From: Dehalococcoidia bacterium
Lineage (GTDB): Bacteria; Chloroflexota; Dehalococcoidia; GIF9; DYGU01
DNA: 64,000 nucleotides
Direction: 5' to 3'
Assembly: GCA_042408205.1 (NCBI GenBank)
Contig: JBHOQK010000029.1
Location: 1,407 to 65,406, forward strand
The position numbers were made by a program, and so were the translations under genes. A model generated the notes under the pieces. That model was not told the DNA's origin. It saw only the letters and a list, made by a program, of their open reading frames with translations, and made no database searches. Of the stretch, positions 19,570-31,442 are shown piece by piece. How positions within the stretch are numbered: the first letter of the stretch is position 1; every line of letters starts with the position of its first letter.

Positions 19570-20912
19570 TGTCCTGGTCTCACTAAGATTGATTCATCTT
19601 TATATACTATTTTGCCACCCCATATAGTTACCATTATTTTGCCTTTAAACCGACAACCATCAAAGGGGGTATTCCTGCCTTTAGAAGCAAAGTGATGACT
19701 GTCTACTATCCATTCTTTATTCGGATCAAAAAGAATAATATCCGCCTGAGTTCCTATCTTAAGGGTGCCGAGTTCTCCGTATTTTGTGCCAATAATTTTG
19801 GCAGGCTCAATAGTTAATTTTGAGATTAAGGTAGTTAAGTCTAATTTGTCTTGATGCACTAAGCTCATCAGACAGCCAAAAGCTGTTTCCAAACCACTGA
19901 TACCAAAAGCAGCCAAACCAAACTCGCACATCTTGTCTACCAAAGTATGAGGGGCATGATCTGTAGCAATGGCATCAATTATGCCTAATTTTAGCCCCCG
20001 GAGTAAGGCATCAATGTCTTTTTGGGTTCGCAAAGGTGGATTTATTTTGGCATTAGTATCATAGATGATATTATCTTTACCCCCATGCCAACCCATGACT
20101 CTTTCTTCGGTCAAAAGAAGGTGATGGGGAGTAACTTCAGCAGTAACTTTAACCCCTTTATCTTTAGCCCTATGGATGAGATCCACAGAACCCTCAGTGG
20201 TGACATGGGCAATATGAAGCTTGCCTTTGGTTAACTGGGCTAAAGCTAAATCCCGAGCCACCATAATTTCCTCAGCAGCTGCTGGTATCCCTTTCAAACC
20301 AAGGCGAACTGAAACCCAGCCTTCATTTATAAGACCACCTTCACTCAAAGTCTTATCCTCACAATGGTCAATAATCGTCAAACCTAAGCCAGAAGCATAA
20401 TCCAGAGCATGACATAAAATAGCTGAACTTCTTACCGGTTCCCCATCATCACTAAAGGCGATAACCCCAGCTTCAGCCAGTTCAGCCATTTCTGTCAATT
20501 CTTTCCCTTCCCTCCCTTTAGTTACACACCCTATAGGCAAAACCCGAATACTCCCTTCCGTTTCAGCTTTAGCTATCACATATTCAACCGTTGACCGATT
20601 ATCCAAAGGAGGGTTAGTATTGGGCATGCAACAAACTGTAGTAAAGCCCCCTTTAGCCGCGGCTTTAGTCCCAGTAGCAATAGTTTCCTTTTCTTCAAAG
20701 CCAGGCTCCCGAAGATGACAATGAAGATCAATAAAGCCGGGACAAACAACTAAGCCAGAAGCGTCAAGAACTGGAAAACCTTGGTTTAGGATTGCCCCCT
20801 TTTCTCCTAACTTAGCAATCTTACCATCCATAATAAGGAGGTCACCAATTCTATCTATTCCTTGCCCCGGATCAAGAATACGCCCACCTTTTATCAGCAT
20901 CCCTATAGACAT
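19566..20912 (-). CDS. pyrC: dihydroorotase
   Basis: Metal-binding DLHCHLREPG motif and amidohydrolase fold; 448 aa. Confidence 0.9.
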   Translation of the reverse strand: MSIGMLIKGGRILDPGQGIDRIGDLLIMDGKIAKLGEKGAILNQGFPVLDASGLVVCPGFIDLHCHLREPGFEEKETIATGTKAAAKGGFTTVCCMPNTNPPLDNRSTVEYVIAKAETEGSIRVLPIGCVTKGREGKELTEMAELAEAGVIAFSDDGEPVRSSAILCHALDYASGLGLTIIDHCEDKTLSEGGLINEGWVSVRLGLKGIPAAAEEIMVARDLALAQLTKGKLHIAHVTTEGSVDLIHRAKDKGVKVTAEVTPHHLLLTEERVMGWHGGKDNIIYDTNAKINPPLRTQKDIDALLRGLKLGIIDAIATDHAPHTLVDKMCEFGLAAFGISGLETAFGCLMSLVHQDKLDLTTLISKLTIEPAKIIGTKYGELGTLKIGTQADIILFDPNKEWIVDSHHFASKGRNTPFDGCRFKGKIMVTIWGGKIVYKDESILVRPGQ

Positions 20913-20915
20913 TGC

Positions 20916-21925
20916 CTACCTTTTACCCCCAGCAATTAAATACAATAAAGCCATCCGCACCGCTACACCATTAGTCACCTGCTCTTCAATGACTGATTGG
21001 ACGCCATGAGCTACTTCAGGGGAAATTTCAATATTCTCATTTACTGGGCCGGGATGAAGTACCAAGGCGTTAGGTTTGGCTAAAGATAATCTTGCCGAGT
21101 TTAGCTGATAAAGCCGAACATACTCCCTTAAGCTGGGTAAAAGACCAACTTGTTGTCTTTCCATTTGCAAGCGAAGAGGCATAATAGCATCAGCTTCTTT
21201 TAGAGCCTTTTCCAGGCTGGTTTCATAGCTAATAGTGGATAAATGACAACGGTTAACAAAGTTATCTAATTCCCGAGGTAAAAGGGTAGGGGGAGCACAA
21301 AGAACTACTTGACAACCCATAAGATTCATTCCCCAGATATTAGAACGAGCTACCCGACTATGTAGAATATCACCAATGATTACTACCTTTAACCCAGATA
21401 GTTCACCAAAATGGCGCCGAAGCGTGTAAAGATCGAGAAGAGCTTGAGTTGGATGAGCATGGCAGCCATCACCACCGTTTATTACACTTATATCTAAATA
21501 TTGGGCAGCCAGATATGGAGCCCCAGCTTGATAGTGGCGCAAAACTATAATATCAGCACCTAAAGCCTGTAAAGTTCGGAGAGTATCAAGAAATGATTCC
21601 CCTTTAACAACACTGCTCTTTGACACATCAAGATTGATTACATCAGCACTTAGGCTCTTCGCTGCCAATTCAAAAGAAGCCCGAGTCCGGGTACTTGGCT
21701 CGTAAAAAACTGTAGCTATAGTAGTACCCCGTAATGTGGGCACCTTCTTAACTTCCCTCGCCAGCACTTCCATCATGGCATCAGCTATTTCAAAAACAAG
21801 GTTTATTTCTTCTTTAGTAAAATCATCTAAATCAAGGATATGTCGATGCCGCCATACATTTATTGGTGGAGGAGAGACTTCAGTCGTTGTTTTAGATTTA
21901 TCTCTTGACAATGCTTTCACCTCCA

Positions 21926-21926
<1 letters not shown>
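20916..21926 (-). CDS. pyrB: aspartate carbamoyltransferase catalytic subunit
   Basis: STRTR carbamoyl-phosphate motif and HPxQ. The N-terminus is about 25 aa longer than typical, so the true start may lie further in. Confidence 0.9.
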
Positions 21927-22580
<654 letters not shown>

Positions 22581-22651
22581 AAGGTTTAACTCAATAAATA
22601 ATATACCACAATTTTTCAAAGGATACAAGCTGCCAACAATAATAATTAAAA

Positions 22652-23284
22652 TTGACCGAAAAAATAACCTATGTTATGATTGCCCCAGTGTCAGCCTTAA
22701 ACGAGCTCTATCGCCAGATTGAGCGTTGCCAAAGATGTGAGTTACATAAATACCGGACCCGAGTCGTCCCTGGCGAAGGTCCAGAAACAGCTCGCCTTTT
22801 CTTCATCGGGGAAGCTCCCGGATGGCATGAAGACCAACAAGGACGTCCTTTTGTCGGACCCGCCGGGCAGTTTCTGGAAGAACTCCTGGCTTCTATCAAC
22901 TTAAAACGAGACGAAGTTTATATTGCTAATGTGATTAAATGCCGACCACCCGGAAATAGAGACCCCTTACCTGGGGAAATCCAAGCCTGCTCCAAATGGC
23001 TGGACCAACAATTAGAAATAATTAAACCAAAAATGATCATTACTTTAGGCCGTTATTCTATGGCAAAATTTTTCCCTGGAGAAAGTATTAGTAAAATCCA
23101 TGGTAAAGCTAAAAAGCAGAACAATATGATTTATTATGCCATGTACCACCCCGCAGCAGCCCTCCACCAAGGTAGCTTACGCAAAATCATTGAAGCTGAT
23201 ATGCGCCGGATCCCAGAAATATTGGCTCAAATAGATAAAATACCTGAAGCTGACGCTGAACCTCACCAGCTAAGTTTATTTTAG
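22652..23284 (+). CDS. uracil-DNA glycosylase, family 4 (UdgA-type, 4Fe-4S)
   Basis: N-terminal CxxC (CQRCELHKYR), GEAPG motif and a HPAA-like C-terminal motif. ATG 22673 is an alternative start. Confidence 0.85.
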   Translation: MTEKITYVMIAPVSALNELYRQIERCQRCELHKYRTRVVPGEGPETARLFFIGEAPGWHEDQQGRPFVGPAGQFLEELLASINLKRDEVYIANVIKCRPPGNRDPLPGEIQACSKWLDQQLEIIKPKMIITLGRYSMAKFFPGESISKIHGKAKKQNNMIYYAMYHPAAALHQGSLRKIIEADMRRIPEILAQIDKIPEADAEPHQLSLF

Positions 23285-23476
23285 GTAACCATCACGAATA
23301 TGCCAATGACATCATCATAATCGATGCGGGGCTCATGTTTCGAGAACAAGAAATGCCTGGTGCAGAGTGGGGATTTATTAATACTAAAGTAAAAGATATT
23401 TTGACTAAATTTTTTTATAATGAAATAAGACACTGTTCCATGACTTTACCTATAACTGTTAAAGTTTGAGTTCAAC

Positions 23477-25567
23477 TTGCCTAATAAAAAGAAAAATCAG
23501 CAAACTTATCAAAAGACAAAAAAACAGCGCCACCTTGGCGTGACTTCGCCATTTTTATGGCGATTTCTATTATTAATTACCACCATCATCTTACTGTACT
23601 GGCTCACTCCTTATATCATTAATTTGACAATTTCTACCTGGCAGGCTCTTTTGGAACTATTCGGAGTCGGTTTGGCTCTAATCGCTTTGGCTATAGGCTT
23701 TCTTATCTGGGCAATTTGGAGCAAGCGATTCTCAGCTCTATTAAAGCACTGGAACTGGTGCTTTGGCGTTATTGCCTGGATTTTAGCCTTGTGGGGAATA
23801 TTTACTTTCTTCAACCCAGGCGAAGGAATTCTAAATAGAGCCTCCTTAGGTGGCAATTTTGGTAGAAAACTAATTGGGAATCCTGACATTATTGGCGGAC
23901 TGAAAATAGTGGGGCTTATCCTATTAGGTATTTTGCTCATAGCCCCACGACAAAGCTGGCAAACCATTGTCACCTTGGCTAAAGCTTTGACTAAGACTAA
24001 AGCTAAACGCCCCACAATCACAAAGATAGCCGAAGCTAAAGAGGAGACCATTACTTCCCCTACTCTTACTGAAACCCCAGAGAGAGAAGTGACTCCCAAG
24101 CCAGAAAGAACGCCAATACTCACCGTTGGTGGCTGGCAATTACCTTCTATTGACATCTTAGACAAAGCCACCGAAACCGAACTAAGTCAATCCGATGTAG
24201 AAAAGCGAGCCCAATTGATAGAAGAAGCCTTAAAAAGCTACGGTGTTGAGGCTAAAGTAGTCCAGATAAATGTCGGTCCTACGGTTACCCAATTTGGTGT
24301 TGAGCCCGGCTGGGACCGAAAATATAAACAAATCAAAGAAAGAGATAAAGATGGTAATCTTAAGATCCGCCTTCAAGAAGTATCCAAAACCCGGGTTAAG
24401 GTAGAACGCATTAGTTCTCTGGCTAACGACTTAGCTTTAGCCTTAGCCGCCCCCTCGATAAGAATTGAAGCTCCAGTACCTGGGAAACCAGTGGTAGGCA
24501 TTGAAGTTCCTAATACTACTTTTGGTTCGGTAAATCTCCGGAGTGTTATTGAAACCGCTGCTTTCCAAAAAATTAAAGCCCGGTCAAAACTGGCTCTTGC
24601 TTTAGGTAAAGGTGCTGGAGGTGAGGCAGTAGCTGCTGATTTAGCTAAAATGCCTCATCTCCTCATTGCCGGAGCTACCGGAAGCGGCAAGACTGTTTGC
24701 CTCAATTCCATTATCTGTTGCTTACTCCTCCATAATACCCCCGATGAGGTAAAATTTGTTATGATTGACCCAAAGCGAGTTGAGTTAATTATTTATAACA
24801 GTCTTCCCCACTTAGTTTGCCCAGTAATTGTAGATACCGACAAAGCTATACGAGTTTTGCGCTGGCTCAATCAAGAAATGGACAACCGCTATCGGATATT
24901 CGCTCAAGAGGGAGCCCGTAATATCGAAAGTTACAATAGAGACAAACATCCCGGTGCAGGCATGCCTTATCTAATACTCATTATCGATGAACTGGCTGAC
25001 TTGATGATGGCAGCCTTCGATGAAGTGGAGCACACTTTATGCCGCTTGGCTCAATTAGCTCGGGCTACCGGCATCCACTTAGTTGTAGCTACTCAACGCC
25101 CTTCAGTAGATATAGTCACTGGGCTGATTAAAGCCAATTTCCCAACCCGAATCAGTTTTGCCGTAACTTCCCAGGTAGATTCCCGAACTATCCTTGATAC
25201 TGTGGGAGCCGAAAAATTATTAGGCAAAGGAGATATGCTCTATATGCCCACAGAGGCTACCAGACCAAAACGCCTCCAAGGCACCTTAGTTACTGACCAC
25301 GAAATTCAAAGTTTGGTCTCCTTTTGGGCTAATCAACGAAAACCAGGGGTAACTCCAATTAAATTTGAGGATATAATAGAAACTCCCCCTACTCTTGATA
25401 AAGCCCCAGAAGACCCCTTATTAGAGGAGGCACGACGCTTAGCCCAAGAACATAAGCACATCTCCATCTCCTTCCTTCAAAGACGCCTCCGCATTGGTTA
25501 TCCCCGCGCTGCCCGCCTCATGGAAATATTAGAACAAGAAGGTTTCGGTAAGCAGAAAGAAAATTAA
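23477..25567 (+). CDS. ftsK: DNA translocase FtsK/SpoIIIE
   Basis: N-terminal TM helices, Pro/Thr-rich linker, Walker A AGATGSGKT in the motor domain, C-terminal gamma winged-helix. Confidence 0.92.
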   Translation: MPNKKKNQQTYQKTKKQRHLGVTSPFLWRFLLLITTIILLYWLTPYIINLTISTWQALLELFGVGLALIALAIGFLIWAIWSKRFSALLKHWNWCFGVIAWILALWGIFTFFNPGEGILNRASLGGNFGRKLIGNPDIIGGLKIVGLILLGILLIAPRQSWQTIVTLAKALTKTKAKRPTITKIAEAKEETITSPTLTETPEREVTPKPERTPILTVGGWQLPSIDILDKATETELSQSDVEKRAQLIEEALKSYGVEAKVVQINVGPTVTQFGVEPGWDRKYKQIKERDKDGNLKIRLQEVSKTRVKVERISSLANDLALALAAPSIRIEAPVPGKPVVGIEVPNTTFGSVNLRSVIETAAFQKIKARSKLALALGKGAGGEAVAADLAKMPHLLIAGATGSGKTVCLNSIICCLLLHNTPDEVKFVMIDPKRVELIIYNSLPHLVCPVIVDTDKAIRVLRWLNQEMDNRYRIFAQEGARNIESYNRDKHPGAGMPYLILIIDELADLMMAAFDEVEHTLCRLAQLARATGIHLVVATQRPSVDIVTGLIKANFPTRISFAVTSQVDSRTILDTVGAEKLLGKGDMLYMPTEATRPKRLQGTLVTDHEIQSLVSFWANQRKPGVTPIKFEDIIETPPTLDKAPEDPLLEEARRLAQEHKHISISFLQRRLRIGYPRAARLMEILEQEGFGKQKEN

Positions 25568-25721
25568 AAAGAGGTTAATTTAAAACTCACAAAAACCTTA
25601 ACTCTATATGACATAGTAGGTATTGAACACATCCAAATCTTTATAATAATAATAGTCTGGGTGAATATTAGAAAAAGAAATTTAATTTCATAAAATTCCA
25701 TAACAAACTTTTCCGGAGGTA

Positions 25722-27179
25722 ATGAAAATGAAAACGGGTAAGGAATACATTGATAGTCTTAAAAAATTGAAACCGGTCGTTTATTACATGGGTAAGAAAA
25801 TAGATAATATAACTGATCATTTAGCCATTTGCCCTCATATAAATGCTGCCGCAACTACTTATGATATGGCTCACGACCCATTTTACCAAGAACTTTTTAC
25901 GGCAACTTCCCATCTTACTGGTGAAAGAATTAATCGCTTCACCCATATCCCCCAGAACACTGATGACCTTGCTAAAAAGGTAAAAATGCTCCGCGTTCTT
26001 GGTCAAAACACAGGTACCTGCTTCCAACGCTGTGTGGGTATGGACGGCTTAATTGCCGTTTATGGAACTACTTATGAGATAGACCAGCAAAAGGGCACTA
26101 ACTATCATCAACGCTTCATAGAATACTTGAAAATGGTTCAGACGGAAGACTTAATGGTTGCTGGTGCCATGACAGACACTAAAGGAGATCGCAGTTTATC
26201 TCCAAACCAGCAAGCAGACCCAGACCTCTATGTGCACATTGTCGAAAAACGTCAGGATGGTATTGTAGTTCGTGGAGCTAAGGCACACATTACCGGAGCT
26301 GTCAATTCCCACGAAATATTGGTTATGCCAACAAGAGCTATGAGTCCTGAAGAATCAGATTATGCCGTTGCTTTTGCCATTCCTACTGATGTACCAGGCA
26401 TAATCTTTATCTTTGGGCGCCAGACTAATGATATCCGAAAAGAAACTTGCCACATCGACCAAGGTAATGTCCAATTTGGTACGGTGGGTGGGGAAGCCTT
26501 AATCATTTTCAATGATGTCTTTGTACCTTGGGAAAGAGTATTTATGTGCGGTGAATATGAATTTACTGGCTTATTAGTCGAAAGATTTGCTACTTATCAT
26601 CGCCAAAATTATGGTGGCTGCAAGACAGGAGTGGCTGATGTACTCATCGGAGCTGCTTTCACTCTTGCCCAATATCAAGGGACTGAAAAAGCCGCCCATA
26701 TAAGAGATAAAGTTGCCGAGATGGTACATCTGGCAGAAACTCTTTATGCTGGCTCTATTGCCTGTTCCAGAGAAGGATATCGGTTAGCCTCCGGTCAATA
26801 TTTTCCTGACCCTCTCCTGGCAAACATCACTAAATTAAACACAACCCGATTTATGTATGAAATATCCCGTTTAGCCCACGATATCACCGGAGGGCTTCTC
26901 GCTACCTTACCGTCTGAAGAAGACTTTAAACACCCCGAGATTGGCAAATATATAGAAAAATATTTTAAAGGAGTAGCTAATGTACCCACAGAAAACCGAA
27001 TTCGCATCGTCAGACTAATTGAAAATATGACTGGAAGCACAGCCCTAGCAGAAGCCATGCACGGCGCCGGTTCACCTCAAGCTCAAAAAATTATGATTCT
27101 AAGGCAAGCTAATTTAGAACACAAAAAACACCTGGCTACCAGATTAGCTGGAATAAAGGAGCCGAAAAAAAGCGCCTGA
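25722..27179 (+). CDS. abfD: 4-hydroxybutyryl-CoA dehydratase / vinylacetyl-CoA delta-isomerase (AbfD family; FAD + [4Fe-4S])
   Basis: Conserved cluster-ligand motif GTCFQRCVGMDG, AMTDTKGDR, PDLYVHIVEKRQDGIVVRGAKAH and C-terminal MHGAGSPQAQKIMI, all typical of AbfD. Confidence 0.85.
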   Translation: MKMKTGKEYIDSLKKLKPVVYYMGKKIDNITDHLAICPHINAAATTYDMAHDPFYQELFTATSHLTGERINRFTHIPQNTDDLAKKVKMLRVLGQNTGTCFQRCVGMDGLIAVYGTTYEIDQQKGTNYHQRFIEYLKMVQTEDLMVAGAMTDTKGDRSLSPNQQADPDLYVHIVEKRQDGIVVRGAKAHITGAVNSHEILVMPTRAMSPEESDYAVAFAIPTDVPGIIFIFGRQTNDIRKETCHIDQGNVQFGTVGGEALIIFNDVFVPWERVFMCGEYEFTGLLVERFATYHRQNYGGCKTGVADVLIGAAFTLAQYQGTEKAAHIRDKVAEMVHLAETLYAGSIACSREGYRLASGQYFPDPLLANITKLNTTRFMYEISRLAHDITGGLLATLPSEEDFKHPEIGKYIEKYFKGVANVPTENRIRIVRLIENMTGSTALAEAMHGAGSPQAQKIMILRQANLEHKKHLATRLAGIKEPKKSA

Positions 27180-27458
27180 GTTTTAAATTTTGAATTTCTA
27201 CTACCTATCAAATCGTTTAAGTGGATAACCCAACTTCAGGTTAGGTTATTGACTCATAAAAGATGTAATATGGAGTTTCGGGGATACCCGTTTAAATAAT
27301 TTTAAATCGATTTATTGACAAATTAAAAAGGTTGATGTACTTTAATATAGTTCTTTGCAATTTTACTATTCCAAAAGACAGGGGGTGATGTGAAGCAGAA
27401 CAAGAACAACCAACTTCTCAAAAGTACAAGACATGCCCTGTTTTAAAGGAGGTAGAAA

Positions 27459-28760
27459 GTGAAACGAGGGTTGTTAATATTTATCGCTTTATTTTTTGTA
27501 ATTGGTTTAGTCTTCGGCTGTGCCCCAAAACCAGCTCCGCCACCAGCACCGATCACACCACCAAAGCCTTTAGGTGTAGATGTAATTAAGATTGGTGGTC
27601 AAGGGGTTACATCAGGTGCTCATGCTGATTATGGGTGGCAAATGATAGCTGGCGCCACTTTAGCTATAGAGGAAATCAATGCTGCCGGTGGCATCTTAGG
27701 TAGTAAGCTTGAGCTTAAATTTATGGATGAAGAGCTGAAGCCAGCGGTAGCTGTTAAGAATGTTCGCTATCTTGTAACCGAATGGGGAGCACATTTCCTC
27801 TTTGGGGTAGATTCAAGTGGTTGTGCTATGGCAGTAGGTCCAGTATTAAAAGAGCTTGATCGGATTAACCTATTTTGTCACGCAGCCACCCATAGGTTAA
27901 CTGAAGAGCTTGTCTACAAAGAGGGAATAAAACAGATTTTCCGAATGACAGTCCCAGTGTATCAAGATGGTATCCTGCCAGCCATAATTTTCGCTGACAG
28001 AGTAAGGTTTCCTGAAATTAAGAGATGGGCATTCATACCCTGTGCTTATGAATATGGTTATGTCAGCAGAGACCTATTTAAAGCCACTCTCAAAAAGCTT
28101 CGTCCCGAAGTAGAATTTGTAGCTGAAGCAGAAGCACCCTTCTGGACTATGGACTTTACACCGCATCTTTCTGCAGTTATGGCGGCAAAGCCTGATGGGA
28201 TTCACGCCACCCCATGGGCAGGCGAAGGAGTGATGCTTTTAAGACAAGCCTTGACACTCGGTGTCTTCGACAAAATTGGAGTTTGGTGGCAGTGTATGGG
28301 GGGCTCAGTAGACTTATTGGAAGGGATAGCTAGAGAAGTTGAGGCTGATAAATTTAAAGGAAAACTGTGGGCTACTGCTCGTTATATCCATAATTGGCCA
28401 GATACAGCCGAAAACAAGGCTTTTGTTACCGCTTTTATGAAGAGATGGGGAGGCAGGTATCCTAACTATTCAGCTGAAGCTTCTTATTCAACCATATATG
28501 TTTTAAAGGCAGCTATAGAAAAGGCAAAGAGTCTGGAAACAGCCAAGATAATAGCAGCATTGGAAGGGATGGAAATTATGACTCCAGCAGGTAAGAGATT
28601 CTTTAGACCGGAAGACCACCAAGCAATCTACACTGTGCCTGCTGGTAGAGTCATTCGTGATCCAGCTTACCGTATTCCCATTCTCGGCGATTTGATAGTG
28701 GTGCCGGCTAAAGACTATTATAGGGCTCCACCCTTCCCACCCATTGAGGCTCCAAAGTAA
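27459..28760 (+). CDS. livK: branched-chain amino acid ABC transporter substrate-binding lipoprotein (LivK/LivJ-like, type-1 PBP)
   Basis: Signal peptide with lipobox (LVFGCAP), type-1 periplasmic binding-protein fold, followed by a livHMGF-type gene set. GTG start with AAAGGAGG Shine-Dalgarno. Confidence 0.8.
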   Translation: MKRGLLIFIALFFVIGLVFGCAPKPAPPPAPITPPKPLGVDVIKIGGQGVTSGAHADYGWQMIAGATLAIEEINAAGGILGSKLELKFMDEELKPAVAVKNVRYLVTEWGAHFLFGVDSSGCAMAVGPVLKELDRINLFCHAATHRLTEELVYKEGIKQIFRMTVPVYQDGILPAIIFADRVRFPEIKRWAFIPCAYEYGYVSRDLFKATLKKLRPEVEFVAEAEAPFWTMDFTPHLSAVMAAKPDGIHATPWAGEGVMLLRQALTLGVFDKIGVWWQCMGGSVDLLEGIAREVEADKFKGKLWATARYIHNWPDTAENKAFVTAFMKRWGGRYPNYSAEASYSTIYVLKAAIEKAKSLETAKIIAALEGMEIMTPAGKRFFRPEDHQAIYTVPAGRVIRDPAYRIPILGDLIVVPAKDYYRAPPFPPIEAPK

Positions 28761-28805
28761 TTTTGAATTTTTGGGGAGTCAGTTAATAACTGGCTCCCCA
28801 AAAAA

Positions 28806-29690
28806 TTGATAATTAAAGTTACCCCAAAAATGCTGGAAATAATTGGATATCAAGGATTAATTGGCATAAGTTATGCTATGTATCTATGGCTAATTGCCGC
28901 TGGTCTTACTATTGTCTTTGGCGTCCTTGGAATAGTTAATTTCGCCCACGGTAGTTTGTTCATGCTTGGTGCTTACTTTGCTTTTACCTTTTATGGGCTT
29001 ATGGGCATAAATTTTTGGCTGGCTATAACCTTAAGTTTCGCTTGTGTTGGTATTGTCGGTTTGATAATGGAGCGCTTCTTCCTACGCTATATCTACCATT
29101 TAGACCTACCCTATCAGCTTATTTTAACTTTTGGCTTTGTCCTTATCTTTGATGACGCAGTAAAAATGGTATGGGGGGGAGTAGCTAAGATCCCCCCCAT
29201 ACCAGCTTTTCTTGATGGTACAATACTTATATTTGGTAGGGCTTTTCCTATTTATAATTTATTTATTATCGGTGCTGGAATATTAGTAGCTGTTGGACTT
29301 TGGCTTCTTTTCGAAAAGACTTGGTGGGGTAAAATAGTTAGGGCTTCAGCTTCAGATAGAGAAATGGCAAGTGCTATTGGTATCAATATTCCTACGTTAT
29401 TTCTATTAGTATTTGCCTTTTGTGCTGCTTTAGCTGCCTTGGGGGGTGCTTTAGGTACACCAGTCAGAGTAGTGGCTCCTGGGATCGGAGTGGCGATGAT
29501 TATCCAAGCTTTTATTATTACTGTGATTGGTGGACTAGGAAATTTAAAAGGAGCTTTTGTTGGAGCATTAATTGTCGGTATCTTCAGCGCCTATGGCACT
29601 CTATTTTTCCCAGTTTTTGAGCTTTTCTTTATATATGTGATAATGGCAGCAGTTTTACTATTAAGACCCCAAGGGTTGTTTGGTAAATGA
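28806..29690 (+). CDS. livH: branched-chain amino acid ABC transporter permease LivH
   Basis: Polytopic membrane protein with LivH-like conserved segments (FAHGSLFMLGAY). ATG 28836 is an alternative start. Confidence 0.8.
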   Translation: MIIKVTPKMLEIIGYQGLIGISYAMYLWLIAAGLTIVFGVLGIVNFAHGSLFMLGAYFAFTFYGLMGINFWLAITLSFACVGIVGLIMERFFLRYIYHLDLPYQLILTFGFVLIFDDAVKMVWGGVAKIPPIPAFLDGTILIFGRAFPIYNLFIIGAGILVAVGLWLLFEKTWWGKIVRASASDREMASAIGINIPTLFLLVFAFCAALAALGGALGTPVRVVAPGIGVAMIIQAFIITVIGGLGNLKGAFVGALIVGIFSAYGTLFFPVFELFFIYVIMAAVLLLRPQGLFGK

Positions 29691-30688
29691 GGCCACGTTA
29701 CTTGCCTAAATTAACCTATAGACATATTCCGCTAGTTCTGCTCTTATTATTAATTATTTTCTTATTTCTTATTCCTCAATTTGCCGGTAAATATATTACT
29801 TACATGACGATTCATATTTTAATCTTGTCGTTATTTGCTTTGAGCTTTAATCTCCTCCTCGGCTATACTGGATTGCTTTCCTTCGGTCAAGCTGCTTTTT
29901 ATGCTGTTGGTGCCTATACTTGTGCCAAAATCCTTATAGCGATACCTTCTCTTTTATTAGGGCTAATTGGTGGCCTATTACTTTCCGGAATAACAGCAAT
30001 TATCTTGGGGTTTCTTTGCGTCCGACATACTGCCATTTATTTCGCCTTGCTCACGCTAAGCTTCGGAATGATGATATATTCTATAGCTTGGAAATGGCGA
30101 GCTTTTACCGGTGGCGATGATGGCTTAGTCGGCATTCCCAGGGCTCCGTTAGAAATACCCGGTATCTTTAGTATTGATATGAGCCCAATGGAGAATTATT
30201 ATTACTTTGTCTTAATTGTTTCGTTACTTGCTATATTTATTTTTTATCGAATTGTCAATTCACCTTTTGGGTTAGTTCTTCAAGGTATCCGCGATAGCGA
30301 AAGCCGAATTGCTTTCGCTGGTATTTCTGTAAGGAACTATCGGCTCATGGCTTTTGTAATTGCTGGATTATATGCTGGATTAGCCGGGTCGCTTTTGCCA
30401 CCTTTAGAAAATACGGTTACCCCACCCGTTGCCCATTGGTCTCATTCTGCAGAACCAGTACTAGTCACTCTCCTCGGTGGGATTTATACCTTTAGCGGTC
30501 CTATAGTCGGCTCACTCCTTTTCTATCTTATAAAGGATATTATAGTCCGATTTACTGAATATTGGCTGATTTGGCTTGGAGCTATTGTCCTGATTTTGGT
30601 ACTTGGTTTCCGTGGTGGTGTAGTTAGTGTGTTTCAAGATAGACTTTTACCGTGGCTCAAATTAAGGCTGATTAAGACAAGTGAATAA
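29687..30688 (+). CDS. livM: branched-chain amino acid ABC transporter permease LivM
   Basis: Polytopic permease with LivM-type motif (LSFGQAAFYAVGAY); 4-nt overlap with livH. Confidence 0.8.
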   Translation: MRPRYLPKLTYRHIPLVLLLLLIIFLFLIPQFAGKYITYMTIHILILSLFALSFNLLLGYTGLLSFGQAAFYAVGAYTCAKILIAIPSLLLGLIGGLLLSGITAIILGFLCVRHTAIYFALLTLSFGMMIYSIAWKWRAFTGGDDGLVGIPRAPLEIPGIFSIDMSPMENYYYFVLIVSLLAIFIFYRIVNSPFGLVLQGIRDSESRIAFAGISVRNYRLMAFVIAGLYAGLAGSLLPPLENTVTPPVAHWSHSAEPVLVTLLGGIYTFSGPIVGSLLFYLIKDIIVRFTEYWLIWLGAIVLILVLGFRGGVVSVFQDRLLPWLKLRLIKTSE

Positions 30689-31440
30689 TGGGAAAGTTAC
30701 TCACAACACAAAAACTTAAAAAATACTTCAGTGAAGTTCACGCCGTTGATGAGCTTGACCTGAGCCTTGAAGAAGGCATTATTACTTCCATAATTGGACC
30801 TAATGGGGCTGGAAAAACGACTTTAATTAATCTTCTGACAGGAAGCTTGCTTCCTGATTCAGGGAAGATATTTTTTAAGGGAGAAGATATCACTATGCTT
30901 CCTGTTCATTTGAGAGTTAAAAAGGGAATATCTCGTTCCTTCCAGATAATGAACATTTTTCCAAAACTGACTGTATTCCAAAACATTCTAATCCCTGTAC
31001 TATCCCTATCAGGGAAGACTCTAAACGTCTTTTCTCGAATCAGCGATCAAAAGACGGCTATAGTTGAAGCTGAAACAATTTTAAAAGTAGTGGGATTGTG
31101 GGATAAAAAAAATTTGTTAGCTGGACAATTATCCCACGGCGACCAAAGACTCTTAGAAATGGGTATTGCCATAGCTGTTAAACCAGAGTTATGTTTTTTA
31201 GACGAGCCCACCTCCGGCATGAATCCCATAGAAAGAGTTGCTGTCCTTGAGACTATAAAAAGGTTGTCGGCAGAAAAAAAGACAACCTTTGTTGTTGTTG
31301 AACATGATATGGATGTTGTCTTCTCTTTATCCGACCGTATAATAGTCATGAATCGCGGCAAAGTGCTTGCTGAAGGAAAACCAAGTGAAATTAAGGAGAA
31401 TAAAGAAGTCCGCGAAATCTATTTGGGGGAGGAAGTATAA
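30688..31440 (+). CDS. livG: branched-chain amino acid ABC transporter ATP-binding protein LivG
   Basis: Walker A GPNGAGKTT, signature LSHGDQRLLE, Walker B LDEPTSG. Confidence 0.85.
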   Translation: MGKLLTTQKLKKYFSEVHAVDELDLSLEEGIITSIIGPNGAGKTTLINLLTGSLLPDSGKIFFKGEDITMLPVHLRVKKGISRSFQIMNIFPKLTVFQNILIPVLSLSGKTLNVFSRISDQKTAIVEAETILKVVGLWDKKNLLAGQLSHGDQRLLEMGIAIAVKPELCFLDEPTSGMNPIERVAVLETIKRLSAEKKTTFVVVEHDMDVVFSLSDRIIVMNRGKVLAEGKPSEIKENKEVREIYLGEEV

Positions 31441-31442
31441 CT

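Noticed and set aside
27180-27458. AT-rich imperfect palindromes (for example CGTTTAAATAATTTTAAATCG) and TTGACA...TACTTTAATAT upstream of livK; considered an operator, riboswitch or T-box
   Set aside because: There is no conserved T-box or riboswitch core and no specifier/antiterminator structure. A promoter plus an Lrp-type AT-rich operator is possible, but the evidence is too weak to call as a feature.
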